Shown here piece by piece: positions 17,972-27,500 of a stretch of DNA of 64,000 nt. Source of the stretch: a virus. Made by a program: the position numbers and the translations under genes. Positions within the stretch are counted from its first letter, which is position 1. Each line of letters starts with the position of its first letter. The stretch spans positions 32,001-96,000 of IMG/VR virus record IMGVR_UViG_3300045988_069781; one strand, written 5' to 3'. The notes beneath the pieces were generated by a model that saw only the letters and a list, made by a program, of their open reading frames with translations, was not told the DNA's origin and searched no databases.

Positions 17972-18035
17972 ACTTTTCAGATTCTTTCAAATTTTATCAA
18001 ATTCTTTCGTAACTTATCAAACTATATCTGAAAAG
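17972..18035 (+). promoter_or_regulatory. two 20-bp tandem repeats bracketed by a 10-bp inverted repeat
   Basis: ATTCTTTCAAATTTTATCAA (17981-18000) and ATTCTTTCGTAACTTATCAA (18001-18020) match at 16/20. CTTTTCAGAT 17973-17982 is the reverse complement of ATCTGAAAAG 18026-18035. Confidence 0.5.
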
Positions 18036-18051
18036 GTAAAATTATCTTAAT

Positions 18052-18795
18052 ATGATAGTATTACCTACAGAAAAAGTAAAAGCAAAAGTAAATAATCCTA
18101 GATTTTTGATTATTTACGGTCGACCTAAAACTGGTAAAACTAGTTGTGTAGCAGCTCTGGAAAATAATTTAATTATTGATCTAGAAGGTGGCTCTGAATT
18201 CTTAGATGCATTAGCAGTACAAGCAAGAACTGTTAATGATTTTGCTGATATTGCAAATGCAATTAGAGAAAAGATCAAAGAAACAGGTAAAAAGCCCTAT
18301 AAGTATATTACTATAGATAATGCTACACGACTAGAAGAGATATGTCTACCTTACGCAGGTACTCTCTATAAAGCTCAACCTCAAGGAAAATCTTGGCAAG
18401 GTACTGATATTAGATTGCTTCCACAAGGAGCAGGATATCAATATATTAGACTTGCTGTAAGAAAAGTTATCGATATGTTTAAAGAACTTACTGATAACTT
18501 AATTCTTATTGGTCATACTAAGGATAAAATGATTAATAAGAATGGTGAGGATATGACGGAAATGTCCTTAGATCTTGTAGGTAAACTAGGAGATATTATA
18601 TGTGGTGAAGCTGATGCAGTAGGTTTTATGTATCGAAAAGGTAATGAAACAATTATCAATTTCGATAGTAAAGATGAAACTACTAAAGGAGCAAGAGCAC
18701 CTCATTTGCGTGAGCAAAAAATAGTAATTGCAGAAAGCAATGAAAACAATGAATTAACATTTCATTGGGACAGAATTTATTTACCAGAAGTTTAA
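18052..18795 (+). CDS. AAA_24-type (Sak4-like) ATPase
   Basis: Walker A FLIIYGRPKTGKTS near the N-terminus. LILIGHTKD Walker B-like strand. Position in the replication and recombination module. Confidence 0.65.
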   Translation: MIVLPTEKVKAKVNNPRFLIIYGRPKTGKTSCVAALENNLIIDLEGGSEFLDALAVQARTVNDFADIANAIREKIKETGKKPYKYITIDNATRLEEICLPYAGTLYKAQPQGKSWQGTDIRLLPQGAGYQYIRLAVRKVIDMFKELTDNLILIGHTKDKMINKNGEDMTEMSLDLVGKLGDIICGEADAVGFMYRKGNETIINFDSKDETTKGARAPHLREQKIVIAESNENNELTFHWDRIYLPEV

Positions 18796-18815
18796 GTTAA
18801 CCAAAATTAAAGAAT

Positions 18816-19427
18816 ATGTATAGTTCCGAAAGAGCCAAGACTATTGTAAAGAAAGACGTAGCACACTTGTCAGCAGGTATTGAAGATAACGTAATGTTAA
18901 CTGCAGTAAGATTTGATAAATCTATTAATGGTAATAGTTTTATTGAATTTAAGTTTGAAAAAGAAGGTAAATTGCTGACGCATACTGAGTGGGAACCTTC
19001 TAAAAGATCTGACGAAACTGAAGAAAGTTTTCAGAATAAATGTGATAATCAATTTTCAAGAATTGAACAAATTTTGAAATGTTATTATCCTAATGCTGAA
19101 GATCGTAAGTTTATCGGCGAAAACTTCACTCAGTTTGCTCAATGGATAACAGAAATGCTTAATAAAGCAGATTTGACTACTCCGTTAAGAGTTAAAATTG
19201 TATATAATAATAGTGGTTATACTACACTACCAAAGTATGCAAAGTATACGTTTATTGAACCAATGTCTTTGGTAAACGAAAATAAATCCGTTATTGTAAA
19301 ATTAGGTATCGATCAATTCGAGAAGCCTATTGTAGCAGATTTAGAAAAATCTAATCCAAGTCCTTTCTCTATGGGAAGTTCTATGGATGAAAATAATAGC
19401 GCCGATCCTAATGGATTGCCGTTTTAA
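18816..19427 (+). CDS. SSB-like single-stranded DNA-binding protein (tentative)
   Basis: Follows the AAA_24 ATPase. The acidic C-terminal tail ends ...DENNSADPNGLPF, resembling the bacterial SSB C-terminal tip (DDDIPF). Confidence 0.45.
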   Translation: MYSSERAKTIVKKDVAHLSAGIEDNVMLTAVRFDKSINGNSFIEFKFEKEGKLLTHTEWEPSKRSDETEESFQNKCDNQFSRIEQILKCYYPNAEDRKFIGENFTQFAQWITEMLNKADLTTPLRVKIVYNNSGYTTLPKYAKYTFIEPMSLVNENKSVIVKLGIDQFEKPIVADLEKSNPSPFSMGSSMDENNSADPNGLPF

Positions 19428-19559
19428 GATATAAGCTATTCTGCAGATAGAACGAAGACTTCTCACGCTTAGCATATTAACAATAAGTTAATGATAGCGT
19501 ACCAGGAGAACCAGAACGTATGCTGGCACTGACCACACAGGGGGTAATATAAAGGTGGA

Positions 19560-19654
19560 GAAGAGTAAGCACATAAGCAGATGTGTGAATGGACCTAATA
19601 CAAATGCTAATTAGCATGTATTTAAATGGGGCGGTTCGAGTCCGCCACTCTTCA
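19560..19654 (+). tRNA. 95-nt tRNA-like gene lacking a canonical anticodon loop
   Basis: Acceptor GAAGAGT/ACTCTTC (7 bp perfect). T arm GGCGG-TTCGAGT-CCGCC. Hairpin GCACAT-AAGCAG-ATGTGT. A 10-bp bulged hairpin AATACA..TGCT-AATT-AGCA-TGTATT sits in the anticodon position. Confidence 0.5.
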
Positions 19655-19659
19655 CTTAT

Positions 19660-19828
19660 GGACAGAATATTACATAATTTAAATGAAAATTATATACTAA
19701 AGTAACAACACTGTAGGCTAGCAAGGTCTTGTGAAATATATATAGTTAGTAATGTATATTATGAGACTTTGGTTTAATATAATACAAACTGATCACTTGT
19801 ATCGTAGGTTCGATTCCTACTCTGTCCA
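19660..19828 (+). tRNA. 169-nt tRNA-like gene (acceptor and T arm with a large inserted body)
   Basis: GGACAGA (19660-19666) pairs perfectly with TCTGTCC (19821-19827). T arm GTAGG-TTCGATT-CCTAC. Starts 5 nt after the previous tRNA-like gene. Confidence 0.4.
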
Positions 19829-19849
19829 CTTTATTTAAATCTATATCAT

Positions 19850-20812
19850 ATGTATGACTCTACAAAAATAAAACAGCAAGATACTCCAATTACTTTGGAC
19901 TATATCTTATCAAAAGTCACAGAATATGATATTTACGCTAGATATATTGGACAATTTAAGATTGGTTTTATATATAATAGTCCATTTAGAGAAGATAAAA
20001 ATCCTTCATTTGGAATATTTAGAAGTAGAAAATCAGGTAAACTACTATTCAAAGATCATGGAAATGGTGAATGTGGAGATGTCGTTAAATTTGTAGAGCT
20101 TTATACAGGTCTAACAAATTATAATGACGTATTAAACAGAATAGTAGCTGATATGTCTATTACTAATAATACCAAACTTAAAAGTATAAAGCAATATGAA
20201 TCTAAAGATACTGTAATAGGTGTTGTTAGACAAGATTGGACAGATGTTGATAAACAATATTGGTCACAATTTGGCATTACTAAGGAAACATTAATTAAAT
20301 TTAATGTATCTAGTATAAAATATTATTTGTGTGATGGTATTGTTAAAGGTATATATAAAGATAATAATCCTATGTATGCTTATAAAGTATATGATCATTT
20401 CAAGATTTATAGACCATTAGCAGATAAATATACTAAATGGCGTAATAATTTAACTCCTTATGATATTCAAGGATATGAACAATTACCAGAAAAAGGTGAT
20501 TTATTAATTATTACTAAATCATTAAAAGATGTTATGTGTTTATATGAAATGGGATATACTGCAATATCACCATCTTCAGAAAGTACTTTTCTTACTCCAG
20601 ACATTATAGATGCTCTTAAGCTTCGATTTAAGCGTATTTTAATATGTTTCGATAGAGATATTTCTGGAGTAAAGAATATGCGTAAAATAAGCCTTAAAAC
20701 AGGCTTAAAAGGCTTTTTAGTACATAAAAAATGGAAAGCTAAAGATATATCAGATGCGATAAAACTAAACGGATTTGAAGTTATTAAAAATTGGTTAAAA
20801 GAAACATTATGA
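19850..20812 (+). CDS. DnaG-like DNA primase (Toprim domain)
   Basis: SPFREDKNPSFGIF...HGNGECGDVVKFV resembles the primase zinc-ribbon region, but the Cys ligands are replaced. Toprim-like LLIITKSLKDVM and ICFDRDISG. Confidence 0.65.
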   Translation: MYDSTKIKQQDTPITLDYILSKVTEYDIYARYIGQFKIGFIYNSPFREDKNPSFGIFRSRKSGKLLFKDHGNGECGDVVKFVELYTGLTNYNDVLNRIVADMSITNNTKLKSIKQYESKDTVIGVVRQDWTDVDKQYWSQFGITKETLIKFNVSSIKYYLCDGIVKGIYKDNNPMYAYKVYDHFKIYRPLADKYTKWRNNLTPYDIQGYEQLPEKGDLLIITKSLKDVMCLYEMGYTAISPSSESTFLTPDIIDALKLRFKRILICFDRDISGVKNMRKISLKTGLKGFLVHKKWKAKDISDAIKLNGFEVIKNWLKETL

Positions 20813-21387
20813 TATGGTTTACTTCAGATCTACATTTCTTTCATGATCGTATCTTAGAATTTCATCCAAAACGTAAAGAACTATTTGGAAATACTGTTGA
20901 AAAAGCTAAAGAAGCTATGATACAGTTATGGAATTCTAGAGTAAATAAGAAAGATACAGTGTATATTCTTGGTGATTTAGCATTTGGTGAAGTAGAAGAT
21001 AAAAAAAAACTATTTCAAAGACTAAATGGTAATAAAGTATTAATACTTGGTAATCATGATAAAATACCAGATCATTTAAAATGTTATTTTAATCATATTA
21101 CTCAAATTAAGAATATTAAGTTTAAGAAATCTGTATATAATTTCTTATATAAAGATTTAGAAGTGATAATGTGTCATTTTCCAATGTTGAGTTGGGAACA
21201 TAAAGATAAAGGATCTGTTATGATACATGGTCACTGTCATGGAAAAGTAGATCAAATAAATGTAGATTCTAAAGAATTAAGAGTAGATGTAGGTATAGAT
21301 GGAAATCTAGCTAACTATGACTTAATATCTTTAGAAAAACTTTCTAAATATTTAAATAAAATAGAAAAAGATGGTAACAACGTTTGA
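20809..21387 (+). CDS. calcineurin-like metallophosphoesterase
   Basis: SDLHFFHD, ILGDLAF, LGNHD and GHCHG motifs. ATG 20809 overlaps the primase stop (ATGA). The track start 20791 is TTG. Confidence 0.8.
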   Translation: MIWFTSDLHFFHDRILEFHPKRKELFGNTVEKAKEAMIQLWNSRVNKKDTVYILGDLAFGEVEDKKKLFQRLNGNKVLILGNHDKIPDHLKCYFNHITQIKNIKFKKSVYNFLYKDLEVIMCHFPMLSWEHKDKGSVMIHGHCHGKVDQINVDSKELRVDVGIDGNLANYDLISLEKLSKYLNKIEKDGNNV

Positions 21388-21464
21388 ATTAGCACTAATT
21401 GTATTTATTTCTAATCTTGGTGCTACTTTAGTCTGTGAAGGAATTGAAGCTATAATAATTGCTT

Positions 21465-21866
21465 ATGAAAACTACAAAAAGAAAAAGAAAGATCTCACAG
21501 AACAAGAAGATTAAAAATGCAACTCCTATAGTTCTTGATGGAATTAATTTCCGAAGTAAGTTAGAAAGTTATATGTATAAAAAGCTAGAAGAAGCAAAAA
21601 TCTATAATGAATATGAAAAAAATAGATTTGAACTAATTCCAGCTTTTACTTTTTTAGGTAAAAAGATTAGAGCAATAACATACTTACCAGATTTTGTTGG
21701 AAAAAATTTCATAATAGAATGTAAAGGATTTCCTAATGAAGCTTGGCCTCTTAGAGAAAAACTTTTTAAATATAAATTATATTTAACTAATGATTCACGA
21801 CAGTTTTTTATAGTACATAATCAAAAAGAAGTAGATGAATGTATTAGACGAATTCAAGAACTATAA
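21465..21866 (+). CDS. PD-(D/E)XK-type nuclease, DUF1064-like
   Basis: NKKIKNATPIVLDGINFRSKLE...YLPDFVGKNFIIECKG pattern. ATG at 21465; the track start 21459 is TTG. Confidence 0.5.
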   Translation: MKTTKRKRKISQNKKIKNATPIVLDGINFRSKLESYMYKKLEEAKIYNEYEKNRFELIPAFTFLGKKIRAITYLPDFVGKNFIIECKGFPNEAWPLREKLFKYKLYLTNDSRQFFIVHNQKEVDECIRRIQEL

Positions 21867-22161
21867 AAGAAAATTCATACAAATATCTCATAGAACTGCA
21901 ATATTAATGCATATATTCGAGAAAGCTAATGATGATTTTGAAGATATAATTCTAAGTGATCACGAAGAATATTATAAACAAAATCATAATATAAATATTT
22001 ATAAAGAAGCAGCAGATCAATTCTTCAAACAATTTGAAGGAAACGAATGTATTGCTTTTGTAGAATGTCTAAGAGATAAATGTAATGAAATAATTAAAGA
22101 ACACGATAAAAAGTGTAAAGAATTAAAACCAACAACTAATGAAAGTAACTGCGATAAGTGA
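21835..22161 (+). CDS. hypothetical protein
   Basis: 108-aa ORF. Confidence 0.55.
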   Translation: MNVLDEFKNYKRKFIQISHRTAILMHIFEKANDDFEDIILSDHEEYYKQNHNINIYKEAADQFFKQFEGNECIAFVECLRDKCNEIIKEHDKKCKELKPTTNESNCDK

Positions 22162-22831
22162 TATACACGGTAATTTAATTGATATAGAACCGTGTGATAT
22201 ATTATTAATTTGTGGAGATATCTCACCATTAGAAATTCAAAGAGATTATATACAAATGACCAAATGGATTTTTAATGAGTTTTATCATTGGATTATGACT
22301 TTGCCATGTGAAAGAGTAATACTTACTCCAGGTAATCATGATTTCTGGTTTGAGAAAATGATTACTCAATCACAAACATATTTATTTGATAAATTAACCA
22401 TTTTAATTAATGGAGAAACAAATATTTATTCAGATAAAGATGATAAATATTATAAGATATTTGGCACACCTTATTGTAAATCCTTTGGTTGTTGGGCATA
22501 TATGCCAGGGAATGAAAAATTACATATGTGTTATGAACAAATACCAAAAGATGTAGATATATTAATGTGTCATGATTCCCCACAGATAGGATATGTAGCT
22601 AATATTATGGAAGAAAAAAGCGAAGAATACCCTAATGGTAGACCTGCTGGTAATTCATATTTATTAGACGCAATCATTGATAAAAAACCAAGATATGTAT
22701 TATCCGGACATATACATTCCGGAGATCATACACTAACTATGTTTGAAAGTATAGGTACTGAATGTGCCAATGTAAGCATATTAGATGAATCTTATTCGAT
22801 TAATTATAAACCACTAACATTTGAACTATGA
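22139..22831 (+). CDS. calcineurin-like metallophosphoesterase (second copy)
   Basis: ISDIHGN, ICGDIS, TPGNHD and SGHIHSG motifs. Confidence 0.8.
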   Translation: MKVTAISDIHGNLIDIEPCDILLICGDISPLEIQRDYIQMTKWIFNEFYHWIMTLPCERVILTPGNHDFWFEKMITQSQTYLFDKLTILINGETNIYSDKDDKYYKIFGTPYCKSFGCWAYMPGNEKLHMCYEQIPKDVDILMCHDSPQIGYVANIMEEKSEEYPNGRPAGNSYLLDAIIDKKPRYVLSGHIHSGDHTLTMFESIGTECANVSILDESYSINYKPLTFEL

Positions 22832-22995
22832 TGAAGACTTACGAAAAGATTAACGTTAATTTGGATGAACAGAATATGAATGTAGTAGTAATGCAAGAAG
22901 AATTAAACATTATGTTAGAATGTGATGAATACAATGATATGATGTTTTATGCAGACGCTAGTAGATATGAAAATCTTAACTGTTTAGACGAATAA
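22828..22995 (+). CDS. small acidic hypothetical protein (55 aa)
   Basis: The ATG overlaps the upstream TGA. Fills the gap up to 22997. Below the ORF-track cutoff. Confidence 0.45.
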   Translation: MMKTYEKINVNLDEQNMNVVVMQEELNIMLECDEYNDMMFYADASRYENLNCLDE

Positions 22996-22996
22996 A

Positions 22997-23998
22997 ATGG
23001 ATATTTCTATACCTTATTATGAAGATATGAGTCGTATATCTAACAGTAATATCGGCTGGTTTTTAAAGAAAGGCCCTCGATATCTTAAAGATATGTTAGA
23101 TGGTACGGCAGAAAGCTTAAAAGCTAAATTTTTAGATAAAGGTACAATGATTCATGAATATATTCTTCAACCAGACGAATTTTGGAAAGATTATATTATA
23201 TTGGATTTTACAGTACCCAAAGTAAAACAACAAAAAGATTTGCTAGAATTTTATTCTACAGCAAAGCTAACAGATCCTCTTGCTTCAGAAGATGATATAT
23301 TACTTATGAGTTATAATACTGCATATAGTAATAATAAATCTATTGATAAAAGAATTAAAGAAGCAAAGGAATTAGTCGAATTATATAAAGACTATATAGA
23401 ATACTTTCAAAACAAAGATTCTAAAAAGATAATTTCATTTGCAGATTTAAATATGCTTAAAGCCATAAAAAAGAATATGGAAGAACACAAAAAGGCAAAT
23501 GAATTATTGTTTAAATTTCCAGAAACATTTGAAGTTCATAATGAGTTTCACATAAATTGGGAATATCCAAATGCTTCTCCTATGGGAGATTTAGCTTGTA
23601 AATCATTACTTGATAGAGTAATGATAGATCACACAAACAAAAAAATAATATTAGTAGATATTAAAACTACTGCCGATGTATACAATTTCAAACATTCTAT
23701 TGAAGAATTTGATTATTGTAGACAACTAGCTTACTATTGGTTAGCTATACATTGGTATTTTAAAAATGAACTAAACCTTAAAATTGAAGAGTATGAATAC
23801 GAATCTTATATTATTGCAGTACAAAGTCATGATGGGTATGAAGTTAGAGTCTTTAAAATCGATCCTAAAGGAATTGAGGAAAGGCTTGTAACAATTGATC
23901 TAGCAATTAAAAGAATAGCTTGGCATAAGGGTAATAACTTATGGAATCACACAAAAGAATACTATGATGATGATGGTGCTGAAGTAATATGCTTATAG
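22997..23998 (+). CDS. PD-(D/E)XK family exonuclease (RecB/Cas4-like fold, tentative)
   Basis: ILVDIKTT plus downstream CRQLAYY resemble the D..(D/E)xK..Q..Y core. Position in the replication and recombination module. Confidence 0.5.
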   Translation: MDISIPYYEDMSRISNSNIGWFLKKGPRYLKDMLDGTAESLKAKFLDKGTMIHEYILQPDEFWKDYIILDFTVPKVKQQKDLLEFYSTAKLTDPLASEDDILLMSYNTAYSNNKSIDKRIKEAKELVELYKDYIEYFQNKDSKKIISFADLNMLKAIKKNMEEHKKANELLFKFPETFEVHNEFHINWEYPNASPMGDLACKSLLDRVMIDHTNKKIILVDIKTTADVYNFKHSIEEFDYCRQLAYYWLAIHWYFKNELNLKIEEYEYESYIIAVQSHDGYEVRVFKIDPKGIEERLVTIDLAIKRIAWHKGNNLWNHTKEYYDDDGAEVICL

Positions 23999-24462
23999 AT
24001 AAATATACTAAACATAGTATATTTTCACTTCCTCAAATATTTGGTAATATTTTAAGTAAACGTGACTTGGATGATAGTGAATTTGTTAACATGTATATGA
24101 ACGATGTTAATAATCCACTCCTTTCAAGTCACGTTTTTTTAGTATTTCATAATATAAAGCCTTATTTGTTAAATGCTTTAAAGCAACATCATTTATTTCA
24201 TTGTAGTTATACTATAACTATGAGTAAGATTAAATATACAGTTCTAGCTTTTAATAGAGCTTACTGTATACACGTCATAACCAGAAAAATTGAGTATGGT
24301 TTATACAAATCACTTGGTTATGAAACAAAAATCAAGATATTGAATTTTTGGAATGCTGGAGTAAATGGTAAACTACATAAGTATTTGTTTGATGAAAATG
24401 CTAAAACGATAAAACCATTAAGTGAAAATATTACACTACAAGACACAATAAAGCCCCAATAG
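23989..24462 (+). CDS. hypothetical protein
   Basis: 157-aa ORF, last gene of the plus-strand module. Confidence 0.6.
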   Translation: MLIDKYTKHSIFSLPQIFGNILSKRDLDDSEFVNMYMNDVNNPLLSSHVFLVFHNIKPYLLNALKQHHLFHCSYTITMSKIKYTVLAFNRAYCIHVITRKIEYGLYKSLGYETKIKILNFWNAGVNGKLHKYLFDENAKTIKPLSENITLQDTIKPQ

Positions 24463-24516
24463 TATAATACTAAAGGGGCTTCTTATTGTTGCCTTTAAAA
24501 AATTTAGGGCCGTAGA

Positions 24517-27500
24517 CTAAAAGATTGAAATCAAATTATCATAATATTCTAACTTAGATCTTGGATCTCTTGCTTCATATATACTTCTTAAAGGAGTTGC
24601 CTTAATTAAGGATCGTTGTAATCGGTTCAGACCTCTATATGGTCCTTTATTTATTTCTTCTGTAGGATCTTGCAAAGCTACTGTAGTTAAATCACCCCAG
24701 TACTGTAACGTAGACCATGCCGCAGTAGGAGTATTAAGCATATTAAATACTTCAATAGGTAATACATTACCACGAGTTTCCAAAGAGGCTCTTAACGTAA
24801 GATATGCAGCTTCCTTTTTCCACCAGTTATCTCTGTCTTTATCCGCTATAGCACGTATTATGGAAGAAATCAACCAGAAACCTAAAGTAGAAAATAAAAA
24901 TTCATATGTAATTCTTTTTAAGCAACCTTTTTCATAATCATCTAATTCATCATAATGATCTTTGTACAGTTCTCTTAATTGATCTATTTTACTTTTGTCA
25001 AAGTAATGTCTTTTTATATATTCATAAGCTGCCGGTATTTGTGCCTCACTCCACACACCAGTAGAATAATTGAACTGTCTCTTAGTTAAGAATTTAGTTT
25101 GTAAGTTAACCAAGATAAAGTTACGATAAATAAGTAATAATTGACCAATCAAAGTAGAATGTAATTTTGATTTATCTAAATCAGTTAACTGAGTATCGAT
25201 TCTAGTAGCAATTTGTTTAGTAGTGTTCTTGATTCTATTTAAGGTTTTCTCATCCACTATCTTAGCATACTCTGGTCTTACTACTAATTGATTATCTTTA
25301 ACTTCAAAAGCATCAAAGAATGTGATGTTTAATGCTTTCCAGGCAGCTTTACCTTTTTTCTTATCTTTGAATTTTCTTAAGAACTGATTCTTATTTACAA
25401 ATTTACCAGTTTCAGGATCATACTTATTAAAGAAAGCAACAGATAAAGCTGATTTACCTTTAGTAATGATATCACCTATTTCGTGGCCAAAATACCAGTA
25501 ATGTTGATTCAAAGCCCTGAGTAATCGAGACTGATTTAATTTGCTAAATGTCTGTTCATTATCTCTAACTACACCTAAAAATTCAAGATAACACAATACC
25601 TTGTTTTTATTGTTAGCTTTACCTATATTTTTAATAGCATCTACATAAGCTGGTAACAAGGTTTTAGTTGCTTTAGCAAGTTCCTCATTTCCAAAGTAAA
25701 TACCAGACATTGCTTCCAATCTATTTTGAATCTTGTTTGTAATCAAACCTGTTAGAATAACATTAAGATTCTGAGATATACCTTGGATTCTTGTATATGC
25801 CGCTAAGTTATTTACTAATTTATCAATACTTAATTTAACGTGTTTGCCTTTTGGTAGTTTTATATCAACTTCTTTAGCATCTTTCTCCATGCCATAAACA
25901 AAACGATCCATTAAGTCTTTCATTTTGTCATAAGTTTTACTTTCTACTCCAGATATTCTACCACCCTTTTTATCTTTAAAATCCATTCTACTAACGAAAT
26001 CTAAAGCTAATTCTAATTCAGGAGCAGCTTCACTCATCTTTTCGTAGTTTACAGCCATTTTGTAGTAATGAATGATAGAACCTACTACATCGTTTGTAAT
26101 TGCATCAGGATTATCCAGCATTTTAATATATCTGGTAGGTATTAATTTAACTAAAGATCCATCAGATCTTTTAGCATTTTCTATCATATACCTATCATCA
26201 TCATCTTTTACTGTATATAAATCCTGTGCAGCGTAAGCTATACCTTTTAAGAAGTTATCTTTACTACGGATTTGAGTCCATGAACCACCTTCAATCTGAG
26301 GTAATTTGTATTTATTAGCGTATCTTAAGAATCCAATTTTAGAATTAGATAAATCCATAACATCCACTAAAGCGTCATATAATGCTTTTAATTTAGGATC
26401 ACTTGTAATCTTTTTATAAGCGGCGCTATTATCAAAGTATTTGGGATTTGGTATTACAGTTTCACCGCGATCTTCGTACTTAGTAAATCTAGGATCATAG
26501 AATGGAGATTCTCTATCAATTTCTGCCCAAGACCTATTAGGTATTCTTTCTACGTATTTTGATTTAAATTCATCCTTTGGAACTAATTTACGCCAGAAAG
26601 AAGCTGGTACAACGTCACCTCTAGAAGTGTATCTAGCATTTACAGAGAACCATGCGTTAAATGCTGCTTCACCCTGTTTTTCCATACGTTCAAATTCTTC
26701 ATAGAATTTAGGGTTGATATCCCACTTAGCTATTTCCATTACTCTAGATTTTTTTGATTTATCTCTGTTAGCAATAGCTTCATCGGATATCATTACGTCA
26801 TATGTATTTATCATAGACTTAACATTCTCAGGCATGGCATCAGTATTAAATGTACCGTCTTCTCTAGCATACAATTTCAAGAGATTCTTTCTAGCGTTTT
26901 CATACAATACTTGATTGTCAGATTTAATCGGATTAGAGGATAGCATTTTAACATCTTCCCAGAATTCTTCTTTAATTCTTTCAACAGAATTTCTCTGCTC
27001 CCATTTCTTGAATAATTCTGGAGAAAGATTCTTCTTAGCAACCGCTTTAGCTTTGTTGTACTTTTCCATATTGGGTTTATAGTTCAACTTAGTTCTAAGC
27101 TTTTCATTATATTGCTGCATTTCTCTAGCTATTTCCAAATCTAAACCAGCTTTTGTAGTACCATCTGCATAAAATGGGTTTGCTAAATTACGTCTACTAT
27201 TTTCTAATTCTTGTAATTTACCATAGTCTTCATCAGATAATAATTCTCTATGTATATCACCATTTTCATCTCTAGTGTTATTAAGAAGCAAATTAATTTC
27301 CATATTAATTGTATCTCTTCTTGTTCTAGCTTCTTCACTAAGACTGTTTGTTAATTCATAATACTCTGGTACAAATCTACGAATACTGTATTTAGCGTGC
27401 CATTTATTGTTTTCAGTATTCCAAATTTTTAACTGTTCTTTATTTAATAAACCCGGCACTTCTGATATATCTTTATCTCCGAAGCCTAATTTATCTGCTA

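Noticed and set aside
21371-21514. A 47-codon hydrophobic ORF (MVTTFELALIVFISNLGATLVCEG...) overlapping the end of 20809..21387 and the start of 21465..21866
   Set aside because: It overlaps two better-supported genes in other frames. It cannot be distinguished from chance without homologues.
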